From positions 160,001-224,000 of the forward strand of contig JBGAIQ010000001.1 of the NCBI GenBank assembly GCA_044225365.1: a stretch of DNA of 64,000 nt. The letters are read 5' to 3'. Position 1 is the stretch's first letter, and each line of letters begins with the position of its first letter. The position numbers were made by a program, and so were the translations under genes. The stretch is from Planctomycetota bacterium. Its GTDB lineage: Bacteria > Planctomycetota > B15-G4 > JADJEK01. Under the pieces are notes generated by a model. It was not told the DNA's origin and made no database searches. It saw nothing but the letters and a program-made list of their open reading frames with translations. Positions 57,277 through 64,000 of this stretch are shown piece after piece.

Positions 57277-58578
57277 TTGAGCGCGCTACCGCATGTCTAC
57301 GTCGACGAACTGGGCAAGTTCGTGGGGCAGCAGGTCGAGATCCGAGGCTGGCTCTACAACAAGCGATCGAGCGGGAAGCTCCACTTCCTCCAGGTCCGCG
57401 ACGGTACCGGGACGGTGCAGGCGGTGTGCTTCAAGGGCAACTTTCCCGAAGAGGTCTTCAAGAGCCTCGACACGCTTCCCCAGGAGTCCTCGCTGATCGT
57501 CACCGGAAACGTCAAGGCGGAGCCCCGTGCTCCGAGCGGCTACGAACTCGACTGCAACGGCGCGACGATCGTCACGCCAGCGGAGCCCTATCCGATCACG
57601 CCCAAGGAGCACGGCACCGGGTTCCTGATGGAGCAGCGCCATCTCTGGCTGCGCTCGGCGAAACAGCACGCGATCCTGCGGGTGCGTGCGCGGGTCGTGA
57701 AGGCGATCCGCGATTTCTTCGATGAGCGCGGCTTCGTGTGCATGGACTCGCCGATCTTCACGCCGTCGGCGTGCGAAGGGACGTCGACGCTGTTCAACGT
57801 CGACTACTTCGGGGACCCCGCCTATCTCACGCAATCGGGCCAGCTCTACGCCGAGGCCTCGGCGATGGCGTTCGGCAAGGTGTACTGCTTCGGCCCAACC
57901 TTCCGCGCCGAGAAGAGCAAGACGCGTCGCCACCTCACCGAGTTCTGGATGGTCGAGCCCGAAGTGGCCTACCTCGATCTCGATGGGCTCATGGTGATGA
58001 TCGAGGAGTTCCTGACCTACATCGTGAAAGCGGTGCTCAAGGACCGGATGCCCGAGCTGAAGACGCTCGAACGCGACATCAGCAAGCTCGAGAAGATCGA
58101 CACACCGTTCCCGCGCATCTCCTACGACCAAGCCGTGGAGATGTTGAACTCGAACGGCAACAAGTTCGAGTGGGGCGGCGATCTCGGCGCGCCGGACGAA
58201 ACCCTGATCTCCGAGAAGTTCGATCGACCCGTCATGGTCCATCGCTACCCCGCCAGCGTGAAAGCGTTCTACATGAAGCGCGATCCCAAGGACGATCGCG
58301 TGGCATTGTGCGTCGATACGCTCGCGCCGGAAGGCTACGGCGAGATCATCGGCGGTAGCCAGCGCGCCGACGATCTGAAGTTCCTCGAGGATCAGATCGC
58401 GAAGCACGAACTGCCGATGGAAGCGTTCAAGTGGTACCTCGATCTTCGGCGCTACGGCTCGGTCCCTCACTCGGGATTCGGCCTCGGCGTCGAACGCACG
58501 ACGGCATGGATCTGCGGAACGCATCACGTTCGTGAGTGCATTCCGTTCCCGCGCATGCTCGAGCGCATCACGCCATGA
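57277..58578 (+). CDS. asnS: Asparagine--tRNA ligase
   Basis: OB fold, [50 protein letters not shown]; TTG start. Confidence 0.96.
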   Translation: MSALPHVYVDELGKFVGQQVEIRGWLYNKRSSGKLHFLQVRDGTGTVQAVCFKGNFPEEVFKSLDTLPQESSLIVTGNVKAEPRAPSGYELDCNGATIVTPAEPYPITPKEHGTGFLMEQRHLWLRSAKQHAILRVRARVVKAIRDFFDERGFVCMDSPIFTPSACEGTSTLFNVDYFGDPAYLTQSGQLYAEASAMAFGKVYCFGPTFRAEKSKTRRHLTEFWMVEPEVAYLDLDGLMVMIEEFLTYIVKAVLKDRMPELKTLERDISKLEKIDTPFPRISYDQAVEMLNSNGNKFEWGGDLGAPDETLISEKFDRPVMVHRYPASVKAFYMKRDPKDDRVALCVDTLAPEGYGEIIGGSQRADDLKFLEDQIAKHELPMEAFKWYLDLRRYGSVPHSGFGLGVERTTAWICGTHHVRECIPFPRMLERITP

Positions 58579-59636
58579 CCGATTCCGCGACGGCGCACGA
58601 GCGACTGCTCGCGCGACTGCGCGCTCCGGGATTGCGCAAGCGCCTCGAGCAGCGAGCGACGCTCCACCGCGCGATCCGCGCGAGCTTCGACGCGGCCGGT
58701 TTCCTCGAGGTCGAGACGGGACAGCTCGTCGACGAGCCAGGTCAGGAACCCACGCTCGATCCATTCCGTTGCGGTAGCGACGTCGCGAGCGAGGTCCGCT
58801 ACCTCATCACGTCGCCGGAGTTGCGGATGAAGCAACTCCTCGCGGCGGGATACGGACGAATCTACGAACTCTCGCATTGCTTCCGTTCGGGACTGGGGGA
58901 GACGTCGCCGCTCCACAATCCCGAATTCACCCTGCTCGAATGGTATCGGGCAAACGAAGGCGAAGACGCCATCGCGCACGATGTCGAGCGCACGATCGTG
59001 GACGGTGCCCGCGCCCTCGGAGTGGGGGATGTCCTCGTTCGCGGCGAGCATCGCGTACGGATCGATTCCGGACTCGAACGTATGTCGGTACGGGATGCGT
59101 TCGACCGCTACGCCGGCGTCGATCTCGAGCCATTCCTCGATGGTGATGCCGCCGGTTTCCGAGCGGCTTGTTCCCGGGCCGGAATCGCCGATCGGCCCAC
59201 CGACGTCGATGCGACATCGCTGTTCTTCCGCGTGATGCTCGATCGCGTCGAGCCGAGGCTCGGAACGACGCGGCCAACGCTGCTGCATTCCTACCCGGCG
59301 AGCATGGCCGCCCTCGCGCGCATCGATTCCGCCGATCCGCGGATCGCGCGTCGTTTCGAGCTCTACATCGCCGGAGTCGAACTCGCGAACGGGTTCGTCG
59401 AACTCACGGACGCGAACGAGCAGCGCGCTCGTTTCGTCGAGGAGCGCAAGGTGAAGGTGGCGAGCGGGCGCGATCCCGGAGTGTTCCCAGATCGTTTCCT
59501 GCGCGCCCTTGCGCACGGCATGCCGCCCGCGTGCGGGATCGCGCTCGGAGTCGATCGCTTGCTCATGCTCCTGTCGGGAGCCGCGAGCGTGACGGAACTT
59601 CTGGCGTTTCCCGAGGCGATGCTGCGCGAGACGTGA
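58575..59636 (+). CDS. epmA: EF-P lysine aminoacylase (GenX/PoxA)
   Basis: [55 protein letters not shown]; no anticodon-binding domain. Confidence 0.92.
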   Translation: MTDSATAHERLLARLRAPGLRKRLEQRATLHRAIRASFDAAGFLEVETGQLVDEPGQEPTLDPFRCGSDVASEVRYLITSPELRMKQLLAAGYGRIYELSHCFRSGLGETSPLHNPEFTLLEWYRANEGEDAIAHDVERTIVDGARALGVGDVLVRGEHRVRIDSGLERMSVRDAFDRYAGVDLEPFLDGDAAGFRAACSRAGIADRPTDVDATSLFFRVMLDRVEPRLGTTRPTLLHSYPASMAALARIDSADPRIARRFELYIAGVELANGFVELTDANEQRARFVEERKVKVASGRDPGVFPDRFLRALAHGMPPACGIALGVDRLLMLLSGAASVTELLAFPEAMLRET

Positions 59637-59753
59637 GGGAAGCGCTCGCGGCGCGCGTCACCGTGCGCGCGAAGGTGCGTTGGGGGAGCGCGGACGGCCC
59701 GCAAGCGCGGGACTCACCGTCCATCTCCCTTCACACGTTCCTCGGAGCTCTCC

Positions 59754-60980
59754 ATGAAGATTCGCAATGCGGTGCGCGCGCGTCGCGCGCTCGTTCCCGC
59801 ACTCTCCTGCGCCGGTGTCCTTTCCGTTCTCGGTGTCGCGAACGCGCAGCAGGTCGTCGTTTCGATGTCGGGCGCGACGACGGTCGCATCGGGCGCGGTC
59901 GAGGACGAGGAGTTGCTGGTCGTCGATCCTTCCGGCGCGCCGCGCAAGTTCCTGTCGAACGCGACGCTCTCCCTCTACTTCGGTGACCGCAATCACGACG
60001 GGTTCTTCGATGTTCCGAACGACATCGACGCTCTCGCCTTCCTGCCTCACGTTCCCGGGCAGCCGATGATCCGCTCCGCCGTGTTCTCGCTGCTGACCGA
60101 CCAGAATGGCATCAAGGATGGCGACATCGTGCGCTTCGATCCTTCCGACCCCGTCGACGGTCTCGACGTGATGTTCCCCGAGTCGGTTCTCATCACCGCG
60201 ATCGGTGCGACCGACGGCAACATCGACGTGGACGCCATCGCATTCGGTCCTGACGGCTCCCTGTACTTCAGTCTCGCCGAGGACGAGACGGTGGGTCCGA
60301 ATCTCGTCGTGATGCAGGACGAGACCGTGTTCGTGCTTCCGCCCGGGGCGGGGACGGCGAACGTCTATTTCACAGCGACGCAGATGGAGGCTTTCGCGCA
60401 ACACGCGCTCAACATCACTTCGGCGATCGGTGACGTCATGTCGCTCGAATACCTCGACGGAGATCTGCTGTTCACCGTCCAGAGTCCCTCGGCGAGCGAT
60501 GCCACGATCCTGAGCACGAAGAACGGCGGCGAGATCTGGAACGGGTACAAGGAGTCGGCGCTCGGTCTCGGCGCGAATGCCGAACTCGATGCGCTCGCCT
60601 TCTACTCGGGTCCGAAATTCGCCAGCCTGGACGCCGAACCGCAGGCACCGGCGCCGGCCGCGCCGATCGACCTCGCCGTCGACGGCCTGACGCCCTCGCA
60701 ACCGTTCCTGCTCGTACTCTCGGGCACGATCGCTCCGAACGGTTCGGGCGTCGGCGCGCCGGGCTTCTCGGCGCTCGTCGCGTCGCCCTTCGATCCGTTG
60801 TTCCTGCTCGCCGCGAGCAACGCTCCGGCGCTCGTCGGGATTGCGGATGCCGCGGGCGTCGCGCACTTCCCCGCGATCGCTCCGCTCACGGGCGGCCTCC
60901 AATTCGATGTCGCGGTCCAGGCCTACGATGGCGGCAATGGGCGCTTCTCCGCACCGGTCGTGGTCGAACTCGCGCCCTGA
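59754..60980 (+). CDS. Secreted repeat (beta-propeller-like) protein with a C-terminal beta-rich domain
   Basis: Signal peptide ending ANA-Q; repeats DIDALAF, DVDAIAF, ELDALAF. Confidence 0.72.
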   Translation: MKIRNAVRARRALVPALSCAGVLSVLGVANAQQVVVSMSGATTVASGAVEDEELLVVDPSGAPRKFLSNATLSLYFGDRNHDGFFDVPNDIDALAFLPHVPGQPMIRSAVFSLLTDQNGIKDGDIVRFDPSDPVDGLDVMFPESVLITAIGATDGNIDVDAIAFGPDGSLYFSLAEDETVGPNLVVMQDETVFVLPPGAGTANVYFTATQMEAFAQHALNITSAIGDVMSLEYLDGDLLFTVQSPSASDATILSTKNGGEIWNGYKESALGLGANAELDALAFYSGPKFASLDAEPQAPAPAAPIDLAVDGLTPSQPFLLVLSGTIAPNGSGVGAPGFSALVASPFDPLFLLAASNAPALVGIADAAGVAHFPAIAPLTGGLQFDVAVQAYDGGNGRFSAPVVVELAP

Positions 60981-60992
60981 TCCCGAACGACC

Positions 60993-62729
60993 GTGAGGAC
61001 ATTCGTCCTCGATGCAGCGTCCCGTCACCAAACGGCGGCGGGACGCTACACTCTCGATGTGCGGAAAGAGATCGTCCTAGTCGTGATCGCAGCGAGTGGC
61101 GTCCTGGGGACGAGGGTGGGCCACGCCCTGCCCATGGGCGACGAGACCGCAGCGCCCGCGCCCCTGCTCTCGCCCGATCGGCTCGATGCCGGTCAGTTAC
61201 GGCGTCTCGACACCCTGATGAAGCCATTCGACGACCCGGATGCGAAGAAGCGGCGCAAGGCCATCGTTGACGTCGGCCTCGTCGGCAACGTGGCCGTTCC
61301 GTTCCTGAAGAAACGGATCGACGAGAAGGCGACGCCGCTCGTGGATCGAAGTTGCATCCTGGCGCTCGGCGAGATCGGTGGGGAGGCCGCGCTCGTCTGC
61401 CTGGAGGCGGTGCTGCGGGCCGTGGGTTCGAAGCTCCACGACGAAGAGGCCGCCGCCGCGTACCTGGTCCTCGGGCGGGTCGGGAATCCGGCAGTGCTCG
61501 AGCGGCCCGAAGCGACCGATGCGATCACGATGCTCGCTACGGCAGCGGTCTCGAAGAAGCCCTCACTGTCTCGCCGCGCCGCCGTCCTCGCTCTCGGTCG
61601 TGCCCATCGCGCGAAGGAGCTGGCGATCGTGGCCGACGGTTTCGCCAAGGAGCCGCTGGAGGATCAACGCGTGGCGATCCTGATCGCGATCGCGAACTGC
61701 GCCGATTCCGGTTTCACGGATCTCGCGATCAGCGCGCTCCAGGACCGCGCCGACGCGGTGCGACGGGCCGCCTGCCTCGTCCTCGCCGAGAACGGGGACC
61801 CGAGGGCGGTCGATGCGCTCCTCAAATCGATCGCGAACGAGCGGGACGAGAAGGTCCTCGCGGCGACGGCGATCGCCCTGGGCGGCCTCGCGGATTCCGC
61901 GAGCCGCGCCGCCTTGCGCGACCTCACGCAGCGAACCGGCTCGATTCGACTCGCCGCGTTCGCCGCCCTCGCGGCGCGCAACGACAGCGTGGAGGACATC
62001 GCCGCGTTCTTCCAGAGGAGCAAGGACACCGAGCTCCTCGCGCGAGTCGCGCTCGCGGCGGCGGCGTCCCGATCGTCGAAACTCGATCAGCCCTTGATCG
62101 CATTGCTGACCCATTCGCGCCCCGAGGTTCGCAGCGCCGCCGGGCTCGCGCTCGCCGCGCGCGGAACGAAGGGCGCCGAAGCTGCAGTCGTGCAGTGGTT
62201 GAAGACGGAGAAGGACAACTCCGCCCACGCCGACGCGCTTCTGGTGGCGGGCGCCCTCGAACTCGCCGCGGCGAAAGATGCTCTTTCGCAGTCTGAACGC
62301 AATGCAGCTCATGGATCGTTCGTGGATCAGGTTCGCCGGACGATCGAGGGTCGACGAGATCCGCGCCTCCTGCAAGCGGAGGTCGAGAAGAAGCTCCGCG
62401 AGAAGCACGCGCGTGAATGGGATTTGCGATGCGTCGAGTACGCCGAACTCGTGTCGACCGTGTTCCACTTCGATCTATTGGCGCGAGCACGCGTCCTCGC
62501 GGGGAAACCCGCGGGTGGCGGCGACCCGGGCGGCGGAGGGGACTCGAATGGGGGTGAAGGCTCGGGCGGCAGCGACGACGGCTCGGGCGAGGGGGGCGCT
62601 CCAGGTTCGGGCGCCGGTTCGCCGTTCCTGAAACCCAAGATCGATCGCAAGACGAGCGTGCTCGAGCGAGACCTCGAACTGTGGTTCGAGGTCGAACCGT
62701 ACTTCGAAGCGCGCTCGGCGATTCGGTAG
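60993..62729 (+). CDS. Exported HEAT-repeat protein
   Basis: Hydrophobic N-terminal segment (start may be GTG 61059); multiple VRRAA..L and ALG..G repeats; Gly-rich linker near the C-terminus. Confidence 0.8.
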   Translation: MRTFVLDAASRHQTAAGRYTLDVRKEIVLVVIAASGVLGTRVGHALPMGDETAAPAPLLSPDRLDAGQLRRLDTLMKPFDDPDAKKRRKAIVDVGLVGNVAVPFLKKRIDEKATPLVDRSCILALGEIGGEAALVCLEAVLRAVGSKLHDEEAAAAYLVLGRVGNPAVLERPEATDAITMLATAAVSKKPSLSRRAAVLALGRAHRAKELAIVADGFAKEPLEDQRVAILIAIANCADSGFTDLAISALQDRADAVRRAACLVLAENGDPRAVDALLKSIANERDEKVLAATAIALGGLADSASRAALRDLTQRTGSIRLAAFAALAARNDSVEDIAAFFQRSKDTELLARVALAAAASRSSKLDQPLIALLTHSRPEVRSAAGLALAARGTKGAEAAVVQWLKTEKDNSAHADALLVAGALELAAAKDALSQSERNAAHGSFVDQVRRTIEGRRDPRLLQAEVEKKLREKHAREWDLRCVEYAELVSTVFHFDLLARARVLAGKPAGGGDPGGGGDSNGGEGSGGSDDGSGEGGAPGSGAGSPFLKPKIDRKTSVLERDLELWFEVEPYFEARSAIR

Positions 62730-62841
62730 GAGTTCTTCGGCGGCGAGAAGGCGGTCGAACTCGGGCGTACCCGTAGCCGAATCGCGGAATCCGTCGTAGA
62801 CTGCCGAGCTTTCCGCATTCCCGCAATCAGGTCAGGGCGCA

Positions 62842-63096
62842 ATGGGTCTCGAGAAACGCAACGTCTACTGCACGTTCCCCAAGGAGATGATCAAGGAGCC
62901 GTTGCTCTACAACCTCGGGAAGAACTTCAACGTGATCCCGAACATTCGCGGCGCCAGCATCTCGGACGAGATGGGACTCGTGTTCCTCGAACTCGAGGGG
63001 GAACTCGACGAGGTCGAGAAGGCGATCGACTATCTGAAGTCGCGGCGCGTTCGCGTCGACGAGATCGCAGCCGATGGCGGCGTTCCTCCCGGCTGA
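62842..63096 (+). CDS. NIL-domain small protein
   Basis: EPLLYNLGKNFNVIPNIRGASI..GLVFLELEG. Confidence 0.82.
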   Translation: MGLEKRNVYCTFPKEMIKEPLLYNLGKNFNVIPNIRGASISDEMGLVFLELEGELDEVEKAIDYLKSRRVRVDEIAADGGVPPG

Positions 63097-63130
63097 CCGT
63101 TCGTCACCGTCGGCATTCGTCGCGTTCGAA

Positions 63131-64000
63131 TCAGAAGTCGTCCGCCGAACTCGCGCGTGACTTCAGTGCGTCCTGGATCCGCAGTGCGATCGCATCGGGA
63201 GTCTCTAGCGCGGTGGACCACGACTTCGCGAGCATCGTGATCGCCCGCACATTGAATTCCAGATTCGCGAGTCGCTCGTTCGCAGCGAATTTGAAAGGCG
63301 CCGAGACGACCCCGTTCGAGATCGTCTCGATGCCGCGCAATGCACGCGAGCAGATCTCGAATCCGTCGCTCTTGGACAGGTCGAGACCGTTCATCGCGTC
63401 GAGGAGCGACGAGATCCCGGCGAGCGGTTCGGCGCGAAGCTGTTCGAAAGCACGTTTCTTCGCTTCCGCGTTCGCTCGCGCGCTGGTCACGGCCTTGACT
63501 GGCGCCTGTAGGGAATCCCAGATCGCGGGAGTGCAACCCGGAGGCCGCGGAATCGCGACGAGGCGTAGGAACGGCGAGGGAGCCGGACGCACCGGGATCG
63601 GCTCGATGGGAATCGGCGCCTCGGTGGCGTCGTTCGGCGAGGACTCGCCGCTCTGAACTGGCTTGGCCGGCGGCGGAGCCGAACTCGTTGGATTCCGCGC
63701 CACGTTCGGGTCTTCCGACGCGCGCGCGACGAGCGCGGAATCGTCCGCCTCGTCCAACGAGTCCTTCTCGGCCCGATGGATCATGAAGTAGGCGACTCCC
63801 ACGATGAGCACGGCGGCGATGCCGCCGAGACCGAGCAGGAAACGCAGATCGTTTCCCGCGGGCGGCGGAGGACCCCCGGGAAGAATGCTGCTCGGTGGGG
63901 CGACCGGACTCGCCGGCCGAACGGCTTTGGTGGCGGGTGCCAGAATCGGGCTGGCGGGACGCGCCGGTTTCGAAGTCGATGGAGCGGTCGGCGTCGGGGT
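63131..64000 (-). CDS. Hypothetical bitopic membrane protein (5' partial)
   Basis: Frame open to the window edge; Pro-rich linker, TM FLLGLGGIAAVLIVGVAYF, second Pro-rich linker, helical C-terminal domain. Confidence 0.7.
   Translation of the reverse strand, partial: TPTPTAPSTSKPARPASPILAPATKAVRPASPVAPPSSILPGGPPPPAGNDLRFLLGLGGIAAVLIVGVAYFMIHRAEKDSLDEADDSALVARASEDPNVARNPTSSAPPPAKPVQSGESSPNDATEAPIPIEPIPVRPAPSPFLRLVAIPRPPGCTPAIWDSLQAPVKAVTSARANAEAKKRAFEQLRAEPLAGISSLLDAMNGLDLSKSDGFEICSRALRGIETISNGVVSAPFKFAANERLANLEFNVRAITMLAKSWSTALETPDAIALRIQDALKSRASSADDF

Noticed and set aside
1-64000. Numerous long overlapping or antisense ORFs in the track (e.g. 14307..16109, 16200..18011, 49204..51312, 40544..42163)
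   Set aside because: Shadow frames of well-supported genes in high-GC DNA; Arg/Ala/Pro-biased or antisense-codon composition with no motifs

Overview
High-GC chromosomal window from a diderm bacterium, most likely Planctomycetota (inferred from the RpsA sequence style, many HEAT/TPR proteins and LPS genes; not confirmed). Bases 1-26,000 are a large surface-glycan locus: rfbB, Wza- and Wzc-like export genes, five GT4s, an O-antigen ligase, an AsnB-type amidotransferase, a polysaccharide deacetylase, a GT2 pair, a GT-C transferase and a FemAB-like protein. These closely match the PEP-CTERM/exosortase A (XrtA)-associated gene set, but no exosortase or PEP-CTERM protein is in the window. The locus is interrupted by an opposite-strand trio: pseudo-histidine kinase, pseudo-hydrolase and a 1496-aa TPR protein. 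The rest holds a TMTC-like transferase, a 4-Cys MerR regulator plus an alternative sigma70, LPS genes (gmhA, gmhB, lpxH), an NtrC-type regulator, cmk-plsC-rpsA, an orphan GspF/PilC, a degenerate GGDEF protein, a GldA/F/G-DUF4340 ABC system, asnS, epmA and unknown exported proteins. The most notable unexplained signals are five apparently catalytically degenerate enzymes and two intergenic minus-strand sRNA candidates sharing one architecture (anti-Shine-Dalgarno loop followed by an intrinsic terminator). No rRNA, tRNA, CRISPR array or mobile element was recognised. Family names come from motif recognition by eye, not database searches.
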